NCBI GenBank assembly: GCA_902762785.1
Contig: CACWPL010000015.1
Location: forward strand, 3,478 to 67,477
Reading direction: 5' to 3'
Length of the DNA stretch: 64,000 nucleotides
Source: an uncultured Ruminococcus sp.
Lineage (GTDB): Bacteria > Bacillota > Clostridia > Oscillospirales > Ruminococcaceae
Below are positions 10,403-20,139 of the stretch, one piece after another; position 1 is the stretch's first letter; every line of letters starts with the position of its first letter. The position numbers and the translations under genes are program-made. A model generated the notes under the pieces. That model was given only the letters and a program-made list of their open reading frames with translations. It ran no database searches and was not told where the DNA came from.

Positions 10403-10522
10403 GTCTTTTTTTATAGGATACTTCTATGATACCATCAGTCGGCCGGGATGTCAAGGGGGAGGCATGGATCGGCGCGCGCGCGCATATCCTTCCAAGGAGA
10501 AAGCAACGGAAGGAGGGAGGAT

Positions 10523-10807
10523 ATGCGCAGCCAGCCAGAGGACAGAGCCGTCATGCTCGGCGCCTACATCCTGGATCATCACGCCACCGTCCGCGCCGCG
10601 GCGGGACAGTTCGGCATCTCCAAGAGCACGGTCCATAAGGACGTCAGCGAGAGACTGCCGCGGATCGCACCGGGCCTCGCGGCAGCGGTGAGCGACGTGC
10701 TCCAGCAGAACAAGCAGGAGCGCCACATCCGCGGCGGCATGGCGACCAAGCAAAAATATGCCCTGCTCGCCCGAAACAGGCACCCTGCCGCAGGAACCGA
10801 CAAATAA
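10523..10807 (+). CDS. spoIIID: Sporulation transcriptional regulator SpoIIID
   Basis: ...ILDHHATVRAAAGQFGISKSTVHKDVSERLPRIAPGLAAAV...RHIRGGMATKQKY matches the SpoIIID HTH signature; GGAGGGAGG RBS before ATG 10523. Confidence 0.9.
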   Translation: MRSQPEDRAVMLGAYILDHHATVRAAAGQFGISKSTVHKDVSERLPRIAPGLAAAVSDVLQQNKQERHIRGGMATKQKYALLARNRHPAAGTDK

Positions 10808-10876
10808 CGCAGGTGAAAAGTGGTATACTGGTACTGTTGCCGATGCGGACGCACCGGCGGAAGGGAGACGAGGCTT

Positions 10877-13093
<2,217 letters not shown>

Positions 13094-13096
13094 GAA

Positions 13097-13130
13097 ACAG
13101 CGCCCGCATCCTCCCCGATGCGGGCGCTGT
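13097..13130. terminator. Bidirectional terminator between the Clp ATPase and the methyltransferase
   Basis: Perfect 14-bp stem ACAGCGCCCGCATC/GATGCGGGCGCTGT, 6-nt loop, between convergent genes. Confidence 0.75.
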
Positions 13131-13137
13131 CCTGTCG

Positions 13138-14085
13138 TCATCCCTTCCCGCCCTTCACGCGGGCGGCGAGGGTGTTGCGTTCCCAGAAGACGCCGTCGGC
13201 GTAGCCTTGGATCGTGGGGTCGGTATCGGCCATCTCGAGGCGCTGCTCCGCCCAGACGCAATACTGCGCCTCCCGCTCGATCCCGATGTAGCGCCGTCCG
13301 AGCTTCTTGGCCACCACGCTCGTCGTCCCCGAGCCGAGGAACGGGTCGAGCACGATGTCCCCCGGCGCGGAGCTGGCAAGGATCATCTTCGCGACCAGCT
13401 TCTCCGGCTTTTGCGTGGGATGCGCCGTGTTCTCCGGCATCGACCAGAACGGGATCGTGATGTCGTCCCAGAAATTCGAGGGGCAGGTGTCGCGGAAATT
13501 GCCGTCGGCGGTCTCCGTCCAGTCCTTCGGCGCACCGTCCACACGATAGGGCGCGACCACCCGCCGCCGGAGCTTGACGGCCTCGAGGTCGAAGGTGTAG
13601 CCGTCGCCCTTCGTGGCGAACCAGATGTCCTCCATGGCGTTCTTCCAATTCGCCTTGGCACCGCGGCCCTTCTCGCGCTGCCAGGTGATCCGGTTGCGGA
13701 CGGTGAAGCGTTCCCCGAGCACCTGCCCGATGACCAGACTGCTCTCCCAGTCGCAGCAGACATAGATCGTCCCGCCGGGGCGCAGGAGGTCGTGGGCGAG
13801 GCCGAGCCAGTCGCGCGTATAGGCGGCATAGTCGTCGGCGGAGCGCTTGGAGAACCGGCTGCCGTGGAAGTCCTTGGTCAGATTGTAGGGCGGGTCGGCG
13901 ATGATGAGGTCGACGCTCGCGCGCGGGAGCAGCGGCGCGACGGCGAACGTGTCACCGTGCAGGGTCTTGTCGACGATACGGCCGATGTCGTCCACGGGGG
14001 ACGTCAGCGAGAGGCAGCGCGCCAGATAGGCCGCCCCCTCGGACAGCGGGGTGTCGATCGTGCGGTTCCGCGGGGCTTTCGCCAT
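13138..14085 (-). CDS. Site-specific DNA methyltransferase, beta-class N6A/N4C (DPPY before FxGxG)
   Basis: IIADPPYNL catalytic motif, HPTQKPEKL, SAM motif VLDPFLGSGTT; start placed at ATG 14085 (MAKAPRNR); no adjacent restriction gene. Confidence 0.9.
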   Translation of the reverse strand: MAKAPRNRTIDTPLSEGAAYLARCLSLTSPVDDIGRIVDKTLHGDTFAVAPLLPRASVDLIIADPPYNLTKDFHGSRFSKRSADDYAAYTRDWLGLAHDLLRPGGTIYVCCDWESSLVIGQVLGERFTVRNRITWQREKGRGAKANWKNAMEDIWFATKGDGYTFDLEAVKLRRRVVAPYRVDGAPKDWTETADGNFRDTCPSNFWDDITIPFWSMPENTAHPTQKPEKLVAKMILASSAPGDIVLDPFLGSGTTSVVAKKLGRRYIGIEREAQYCVWAEQRLEMADTDPTIQGYADGVFWERNTLAARVKGGKG

Positions 14086-14255
14086 GGGGATCACTCGCTT
14101 TCTGGTAGTCTTTAAGATGATGACGGACACGTCCCCGCGCCAGATCGGCCGCCCTTGGACAGCGGGGCGATGATACGATCGCGCGGGGCATTTGCCATGG
14201 GGATCACTCGCTTTCTGGTACTATTTTGGGATGATGCTGATGATGACGACACGTC
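14018..14255. repeat. Tandem diverged direct duplication (about 116 + 120 bp) of the methyltransferase 5' end plus upstream region
   Basis: Copy A 14018-14133 and copy B 14136-14255 share CGCGCCAGAT..GGACAGCGGGG..GCCATGGGGATCACTCGCTTTCTGGTA..GATGATGAC.GACACGTC, with substitutions and small indels. Confidence 0.85.
14140..14198 (-). pseudogene. Truncated, frame-disrupted 5' fragment of a methyltransferase paralogue (copy B)
   Basis: Reads MANAPRDRIIAPLSKGG... versus MAKAPRNRTIDTPLSEGAA... of the intact gene; 3-nt and 2-nt gaps relative to copy A; runs into a stop. Confidence 0.6.
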
Positions 14256-15351
14256 ATCGGATCAGGACGTTCAGCACCAGCAGCGGCACGAGCAGTATCA
14301 CGCTGGCGGCGGTGAACGTGAGGAGATAGCGCCCGGTCTGTGCCGTCTTGGTCTGACGGTAGAACTGGAACGAGATGAGGCTCGCGAGCGACGCGATCAG
14401 CGTGCCGAGGCCGCCGAGGTCGACGCCGAGGAGGAGCTGCGTGCCGTTCTCCGTAAAGCCGGACAGCATGACGGCGGCGGGGACATTGCTGATGACCTGC
14501 GAGAGCAGGAGCCCGACAAGGAGCTCATGCCCGGTGAGGATGCTGTGGAAAAACTCGCTGACAGCGCCGATCCGGCCGATGTTCCCGACGAAGATGAAGA
14601 AGCATACGAACGTGGCGAGCAGGGCGTAGTCCGCCTTGCGGAGCAGGCCCCGGTCAAGGACGAGCGCCGTGACGACCGCCGCGATCAGGCAGACCCAGTC
14701 CGGGATGACGCGGAACACCGTCAGCAGGCACACGCCGAACAGCACGGCATAGCCGACCGCAGGGACGGTGCGGATGGCGGTGCGGCGTTCGGCAGGGGCG
14801 GCGCAGCGCTCCGCCGGGATCGTCCAGGTGAGCAGGACGAGCAGCACGAGGCTCAGGATGCCAGACGGGAGCAGCGTGGACACGAAGTCCATCGCGGAGA
14901 GCTGGTATTTGTCGTAGAGGTAGAGATTCTGGGGGTTGCCGACGGGCGTGAGCATGCTGCCGAGGTTCGCCGCGGCGGTCTCGAGGACGATCGTGCGGAT
15001 GCGCAGGCGTTCGTCCTGCACGCCCTCGAGGATCATCAAAGTGAGGGGGACGAACGTGATGAGCGCGACATCGTTGGTCACGAGCATGGACGAGAAGAAG
15101 CACAGCAGCATGAGCAAAAGCGCGATGCGGCGCGCAGTACCGGCTTTTTTCAGCAGCAGGTCGGTCGCCCGGTCGAAGATGCCGACGCTGCGGAGTCCCG
15201 CGACCGCGATCATCAGCGAGAACAGCTCGATGAGGACGGCGTGATTCAGATAGCCGATATATTGGCCGTCCGGCGGAACGAGGAAGACCGTGACGAGCGC
15301 CGCAAGGAACGCGATCACGAGGACGGGCTGCGAACGGAATAGCTTTTTCAT
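14254..15351 (-). CDS. ArsB/NhaD (CitMHS/SLC13-like) superfamily anion permease
   Basis: Polytopic membrane protein with TPVGNPQNL motif; start at ATG 15351 behind AAGGAG (track ORF begins 15510). Confidence 0.8.
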   Translation of the reverse strand: MKKLFRSQPVLVIAFLAALVTVFLVPPDGQYIGYLNHAVLIELFSLMIAVAGLRSVGIFDRATDLLLKKAGTARRIALLLMLLCFFSSMLVTNDVALITFVPLTLMILEGVQDERLRIRTIVLETAAANLGSMLTPVGNPQNLYLYDKYQLSAMDFVSTLLPSGILSLVLLVLLTWTIPAERCAAPAERRTAIRTVPAVGYAVLFGVCLLTVFRVIPDWVCLIAAVVTALVLDRGLLRKADYALLATFVCFFIFVGNIGRIGAVSEFFHSILTGHELLVGLLLSQVISNVPAAVMLSGFTENGTQLLLGVDLGGLGTLIASLASLISFQFYRQTKTAQTGRYLLTFTAASVILLVPLLVLNVLIR

Positions 15352-15403
15352 TCTGACTCCTTGGGTGGTTTGTAGGGAGCCTCCGGGAGGCTCGAGCATT
15401 ACC

Positions 15404-15432
15404 ATTATAGCACAGTGGGAAGGGAAATGCAA
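15404..15432 (-). promoter_or_regulatory. Promoter for the permease gene
   Basis: Minus-strand TTGCAT (15427-15432), 17 nt, TATAAT (15404-15409); followed by GAGCCTCC-cg-GGAGGCTC palindrome in the leader. Confidence 0.7.
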
Positions 15433-15441
15433 GGGGCGGCC

Positions 15442-15471
15442 TTGACAAACAGGGGGGCGGTGTGGTATCAT
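15442..15471 (+). promoter_or_regulatory. Promoter for the SIMPL-domain gene
   Basis: TTGACA (15442-15447), 18 nt, TGg-TATCAT (15466-15471). Confidence 0.55.
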
Positions 15472-15540
15472 GGGAGTAGAGCAGGCCGATGGACAGCAAG
15501 GTGGGATCATAAAACGATCTATAATAAAGGAGGAATCAAA

Positions 15541-16173
15541 ATGGGAAAACTGAGAGTAGTCGGAAAGGCAAGAAGGGAATACACTTGTGATATCATGTAC
15601 ATCAAGCTGAGTTTTAAGGCTTGGGCAGATGATACAGCGCAGGCGATCGCGACCTCGATGTCACAGTGTGATATGTTCCTTGAGATTCTGGAGCAGCAAG
15701 GGATCGACATCAATATGATCCATATGTCGAACGCTGACGTATCACAGGAGATGTATGATGAAAAGCATGAGATCAGCGCCGAAAGAGAGATCGAATTGAG
15801 ACTGCCTTTCGATATGAACGTCATCAACAGGCTATCCGAGATCATCAAGGAAAACAATTTAAAGGTCGATATGGACATCTCTTTCAAGCTAACGAATATG
15901 CTGGCGCTCCACGAACAGCTCCTGAAAGAAGCGGTCCTTGATTCAAAGAAAAAAGCGGAGATGCTCGCCGCTGCAATGGGACAGAAGGTCGTTGGGATAG
16001 AGAAACTGGATGCAGGTGATCGGTATCGAGCATGCGATTCAGAGGAAAAAGCCTACTATGATCAGTTCTCCCATAAGATCGGAGAAGTACATCAGCGCTC
16101 AAGATCAAACAGATTGCAAGCACCGCTTGTCACCGAATTTGAAAGCGTTGATGTTGAGTGGATCATTGAATAA
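15541..16173 (+). CDS. SIMPL (DUF541) domain protein, no signal peptide
   Basis: 210 aa; pattern LRVVGKA..., ...LLKEAVLDSKKKAEMLAAAMGQKVVGIEKL..., C-terminal ...VDVEWII fits the SIMPL fold family; AAAGGAGG RBS; visibly lower GC than its flanks. Confidence 0.6.
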   Translation: MGKLRVVGKARREYTCDIMYIKLSFKAWADDTAQAIATSMSQCDMFLEILEQQGIDINMIHMSNADVSQEMYDEKHEISAEREIELRLPFDMNVINRLSEIIKENNLKVDMDISFKLTNMLALHEQLLKEAVLDSKKKAEMLAAAMGQKVVGIEKLDAGDRYRACDSEEKAYYDQFSHKIGEVHQRSRSNRLQAPLVTEFESVDVEWIIE

Positions 16174-16181
16174 AACAAGAA

Positions 16182-16222
16182 AGCTATCCGACCCCGCCCG
16201 AGATCGGATAGCTCTTTTTTAT
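16182..16222. terminator. Bidirectional terminator between the SIMPL gene and the 160-aa ORF
   Basis: AGCTATCCGA...TCGGATAGCT stem followed by CTTTTTTATTT. Confidence 0.75.
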
Positions 16223-16701
16223 TTCAAATAAATGACCGTACTGTCCTCGATGAGAGCGCGGGATAGGGAGAGCGTATGCGCCTGAAGCCGCGAATTCCAG
16301 CGGATATGCTTTAGAAACGTCTCCCACTCGACCTGTAGTATCAGCTCTTTTTCATACGATCTGTCGAGCTTGACGATCACCAGATATTCAAACAGCGGCT
16401 TGATCTCATGCGCGGAAAAGTCCTTGGGGATCCCGCGGAAAGCACCTGTTTTATCCGTGGTCGTGCATTTGATCGTGTACCGATCGGCCTTGACACTGGT
16501 CGCGTCGATGTCTTTGAGATCTGGGGGCGCGCGATATAATTTGGGGAGCCCTTTGGTCTTGTTGTAGTGATCGATGACGATGGACTCGCCCAGATCACCT
16601 GTCACGTTTTTGGAACGGATGATCTTTCGCGAACGCATCTCGTCCAATAACGCACCATATAGCTTGATGAGCTCGATGTTGGAGCGATTCTTTAGATCCA
16701 T
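16219..16701 (-). CDS. Hypothetical 160-aa protein, possible PD-(D/E)xK nuclease-fold protein
   Basis: Low-GC ORF; ATG lies 4 nt after the guaA stop; candidate motif elements GDLGES..., DIDA..., YTIKC; N-terminal helix ELIKLYGALLDEMRSRKIIRSKN. Confidence 0.45.
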   Translation of the reverse strand: MDLKNRSNIELIKLYGALLDEMRSRKIIRSKNVTGDLGESIVIDHYNKTKGLPKLYRAPPDLKDIDATSVKADRYTIKCTTTDKTGAFRGIPKDFSAHEIKPLFEYLVIVKLDRSYEKELILQVEWETFLKHIRWNSRLQAHTLSLSRALIEDSTVIYLK

Positions 16702-16705
16702 GGAA

Positions 16706-18241
16706 TCATTCCCACTCTATCGTCGCCGGCGGCTTTGTAGTCACATCATACACGACTCGGTTGACGTTCTTGACCTCATTGACGATCCGGGACGCGGTGA
16801 GGGCGAGGGTGGGGTAGGGAATCTCGGCGAAGTTGGCGGTCATGAAGTCGGTGGTGGTGACGGCACGGAGGGCGACGGTATAGTCGTAGGTACGCGCATC
16901 GCCCATGACGCCGACGGAGCGCACGTTCGTCAGCACGGCGAAATACTGGCTGATGTCCTTGTCCATGCCGGCGTTCGCGATCTCCTCGCGGAAGATGGCG
17001 TCGGCCTCACGCAGCGTGTCGAGCTTCTCGTCCGTGATCTCGCCGATGATGCGGATCGCGAGGCCCGGGCCCGGGAACGGCTGACGCCATACCAGCAGCG
17101 GCGAGAGCCCCAGCTCCTGGCCGAGCTTGCGCACTTCGTCCTTGAACAGCATCCGCAGCGGCTCCACGATCTCGAAATCCACATCCTCCGGCAGACCGCC
17201 GACATTGTGGTGGCTCTTGATGGTGGACGCATCGCCCGCGCCGCTCTCGATCACGTCCGGATAGATCGTGCCCTGTACCAGGAAATCGACCTTGCCGACG
17301 TCCTTCTTGGCACGCTCGAACGTGCGGACGAACTCCTCGCCGATGATCTTGCGCTTCTGCTCCGGGTCGGAGACACCGCGCAGCTTGGACATGAACGCCT
17401 CCTTGGCATCCACGCGGACGAAATGCATCCCGCTGTCCTTGAACGCTGCCTCGACCTCGTCGCCCTCGTTCTTGCGCATGAAGCCGTGGTCGACGAAGAT
17501 GCAGGTGAGCTGATCGCCGACTGCCTTCGCGAGCAGCGCCGCCGCGACGGAGCTGTCCACGCCGCCGGACAGGCCCAGCAGCACCTTGCCGTCGCCGATC
17601 TTCTCGCGGAGCTGCGCGATGACGGCCTTGGCATAGCCCGCCATCGTCCAGTCACCGATCGCACCGCAGACGTTCTTCACGAAGCTGTCGATCATCCCCA
17701 GTCCGGCGAACGTGTGGTTCACCTCCGGGTGGAACTGGACCGCATACAGCTTGCGGGACGCGTCCTCAAAGGCGGCGTTCGGACACTTGGACGTGGTCGC
17801 CGTCGTGCGGAATCCGGCCGGCAGCTCGGAGACGAAGTCGTTGTGGCTCATCCAGCTCGTCGCGGTCTCGGGGAGCGCGATGCCGCCGAAGAGCACGCTG
17901 GAATGGTCGTAATGCGTGTCGGTCTTGCCGTACTCGGAGGCGTCGCAGGGCGATACCTTGCCGCCGAGGGTGTAGGCCATGAGCTGTGCGCCATAGCAGA
18001 TGCCGAGGATCGGGATCCCCAGGTCGAAGATCTCCTTGCCGATGTGCGGGGACTTCTCGTCGTAGACACTGTTGGGACCGCCGGTGAAGATGATGCCGAT
18101 CGGCTTGCGCGCGGCGAGCTCCTCGAGGGGGGTCTTGTAGCTCTTGACCTCGCAGTAGACACCGCACTCACGCACGCGCCGCGCGATGAGCTGGTTGTAC
18201 TGACCGCCGAAGTCCAGGACGATGACTAACTGATGTTCCAT
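16706..18241 (-). CDS. guaA: GMP synthase (glutamine-hydrolysing)
   Basis: 511 aa; GATase domain [13 protein letters not shown]-PPase SGGVDSSV, C-terminal ...KPPATIEWE. Confidence 0.98.
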   Translation of the reverse strand: MEHQLVIVLDFGGQYNQLIARRVRECGVYCEVKSYKTPLEELAARKPIGIIFTGGPNSVYDEKSPHIGKEIFDLGIPILGICYGAQLMAYTLGGKVSPCDASEYGKTDTHYDHSSVLFGGIALPETATSWMSHNDFVSELPAGFRTTATTSKCPNAAFEDASRKLYAVQFHPEVNHTFAGLGMIDSFVKNVCGAIGDWTMAGYAKAVIAQLREKIGDGKVLLGLSGGVDSSVAAALLAKAVGDQLTCIFVDHGFMRKNEGDEVEAAFKDSGMHFVRVDAKEAFMSKLRGVSDPEQKRKIIGEEFVRTFERAKKDVGKVDFLVQGTIYPDVIESGAGDASTIKSHHNVGGLPEDVDFEIVEPLRMLFKDEVRKLGQELGLSPLLVWRQPFPGPGLAIRIIGEITDEKLDTLREADAIFREEIANAGMDKDISQYFAVLTNVRSVGVMGDARTYDYTVALRAVTTTDFMTANFAEIPYPTLALTASRIVNEVKNVNRVVYDVTTKPPATIEWE

Positions 18242-18271
18242 AGATGGCTCCTTTCATGGGGAGGGGATGGC

Positions 18272-18300
18272 AAGGCCGCCGTCGGGAGGACGGTGGCCTT
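18272..18300 (-). promoter_or_regulatory. Hairpin between pyrB and guaA (weak terminator or processing element)
   Basis: AAGGCCACCGTC-ctccc-GACGGCGGCCTT on the sense strand, no U-tract; no purine riboswitch-like leader seen. Confidence 0.4.
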
Positions 18301-18315
18301 TGATACGAAATAGGA

Positions 18316-19398
18316 TCAATGCTCGAGCAGCAGACGCTCGTCGCAGTATTCACAGGTCAGGGTCGTGCCGGTGCCGGTGAAGCTGCGGGGGAGGTAGGTC
18401 TCCTTGTGGGTGATGCAGCGGGGGTCACGGCAGACGATGCCGCTGTGGACGTGGCCGCGCAGCAGCTCGGTCTTGGCCGTGCTCTGGAGCATGGTCAGGA
18501 TCAGCGACATGCGGACATACATGCCATAGCGCGCCTGCTTGAAATACATCGCGCGCGGGTCGTCATCCACGGCGACCTCGATCTCGTCCACGCGCGGCAG
18601 GGGATGCATGACGATCATGTCCGGGCGGGCGAGCTTCATCTTCTTGGTCGTGAGGATATAGGTATCCTTCTGCGCGAGGTAGGCCTCCTCGGAGGGGAAC
18701 CGTTCCCGCTGGATGCGCGTCATATAGAGCATATCCAGCTTCGGGAGGGCGTCCTCGAGGCTCTCGGTCTCCTCGAACGTGCAGCCGTGCGCGCGCACGA
18801 CGTCCTTGATGTAGGACGGCATCGCAAGCTCGCGGGTGCTGATGAAGATGAACCGGTTATCGGGATACTTGCTCATGGCCTTGCAGAGCGAGTGGACGGT
18901 GCGGCCGTTGAGGAGGTCGCCGCACAGGCCGATGGTCAGGCCGGAGAGGGTGCCCTTCTCGCATTTGAGGGTGAGCAGGTCGGTGAGGGTCTGGGTGGGA
19001 TGGAGGTGGCCGCCGTCACCGGCATTGATGACGGGACAGTCCGCCGTGAGCGCGGCAGCCTTGGCCGCACCGGGGACGGGGTGCCGGATGACCAGCACGT
19101 CCGAATAGCCGCTGACGATCTTGGTGGTGTCCTTGAGGTTCTCGCCCTTGGCGACGGAGGACGTCTGGGGATTGTCGAAGCCGATGATGGTGCCGCCGAG
19201 CCGCAGCATGGCGGTCTGGAAGGACATCTGCGTGCGGGTGGACGGCTCATAGAAGAGCGTCCCCATGATCTTCCCGCGGCAGCTATTGGCATAGAGCGCC
19301 GGATCGCGCAGGATGTCCTGTGCCTGGCGGAGCAGGCCGTTCCACCAGCTCACGGGATGATCGTCAAGGTCGATGAGATGCGGGAACTCTGAGATCAT
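18316..19398 (-). CDS. pyrB: Aspartate carbamoyltransferase catalytic chain fused to a PyrI-type zinc domain
   Basis: STRTQMSF, HPLPRVDEI ATCase motifs; C-terminal tail VCRDPRCITHKETYLPRSF...LTCEYCDERL resembles the PyrI Zn domain (CxxxxC...CxxC); AAGGAGG RBS before ATG 19398. Confidence 0.9.
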   Translation of the reverse strand: MISEFPHLIDLDDHPVSWWNGLLRQAQDILRDPALYANSCRGKIMGTLFYEPSTRTQMSFQTAMLRLGGTIIGFDNPQTSSVAKGENLKDTTKIVSGYSDVLVIRHPVPGAAKAAALTADCPVINAGDGGHLHPTQTLTDLLTLKCEKGTLSGLTIGLCGDLLNGRTVHSLCKAMSKYPDNRFIFISTRELAMPSYIKDVVRAHGCTFEETESLEDALPKLDMLYMTRIQRERFPSEEAYLAQKDTYILTTKKMKLARPDMIVMHPLPRVDEIEVAVDDDPRAMYFKQARYGMYVRMSLILTMLQSTAKTELLRGHVHSGIVCRDPRCITHKETYLPRSFTGTGTTLTCEYCDERLLLEH

Positions 19399-19446
19399 AA
19401 AAAACCTCCTTGTTGTTGGTGCGGTCCTGGGCATACAGGGGATGTA

Positions 19447-20115
19447 TCACAGCAGCTTCGCGCCGTTGACATACATCTCGAACCGGATGCCGAGGAACTG
19501 CGCGGACTTTTGGCAGAGGAGCATCCGCTGCAAAAAGATCTCGAAGTATTCCATGACGCTCGAGATCTCCGGGTCGATGGTCAGTGCGAGGCGCAGGGCG
19601 GACTTGTCCTCGCTGAAGGACAGATCCGTGTGCGTCACGGCATAGTTGACCCGGTCGTGGATGTCGAACGTCATCGGATCCTGGTTGCGCACGCGGCTCC
19701 GGCGGACGTCGGTCTTGTCCGCGATGATGAGCGCTGCGGAGAGGGGGTCGAGGGGCATGCCGGTGCCCTCGTCGTGGTTGCCGATGGCGGAGATGATCGA
19801 GCAGATCTCGCTCGCCGGCATGTTCATATTGTCGAGCAGACGGAACGCCATGACAGCGCCGCTCTGCGCGTGGTCGATGCGGTTGATGACATTGCCGATG
19901 TCGTGCATCATCCCGGCGATCCGCGCGAGCTCGACGGTGCGTTCATCATAGCCGAGCGCTTCGAGGATCATGGCCGCGTCATGCGCGACCTTCTCGACGT
20001 GTGCGAAGGAGTGCTCCGTGTAGCCCATCGCCGCGAGCGTCTCGTCCGCGCGGCGGATGTACTCCATGATGTCGGCGTTCTCCTTGATATACTTATATGT
20101 GACGTGGCTCGCCAT
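19447..20115 (-). CDS. HD-domain phosphohydrolase
   Basis: 222 aa; HSFAHVEKVA...MMHDIGN...NHDEG metal-binding HD signature. Confidence 0.8.
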   Translation of the reverse strand: MASHVTYKYIKENADIMEYIRRADETLAAMGYTEHSFAHVEKVAHDAAMILEALGYDERTVELARIAGMMHDIGNVINRIDHAQSGAVMAFRLLDNMNMPASEICSIISAIGNHDEGTGMPLDPLSAALIIADKTDVRRSRVRNQDPMTFDIHDRVNYAVTHTDLSFSEDKSALRLALTIDPEISSVMEYFEIFLQRMLLCQKSAQFLGIRFEMYVNGAKLL

Positions 20116-20139
20116 CGCAGGCTCCTTTCTTGCGCGGCG

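Noticed and set aside
15411-16715. 8-bp inverted match (AGTGGGAA / TTCCCACT) at the two edges of the low-GC islet, considered as possible att or terminal repeats
   Set aside because: The match is too short to be significant, the left copy lies inside the permease promoter spacer, and no integrase or longer repeats are present.
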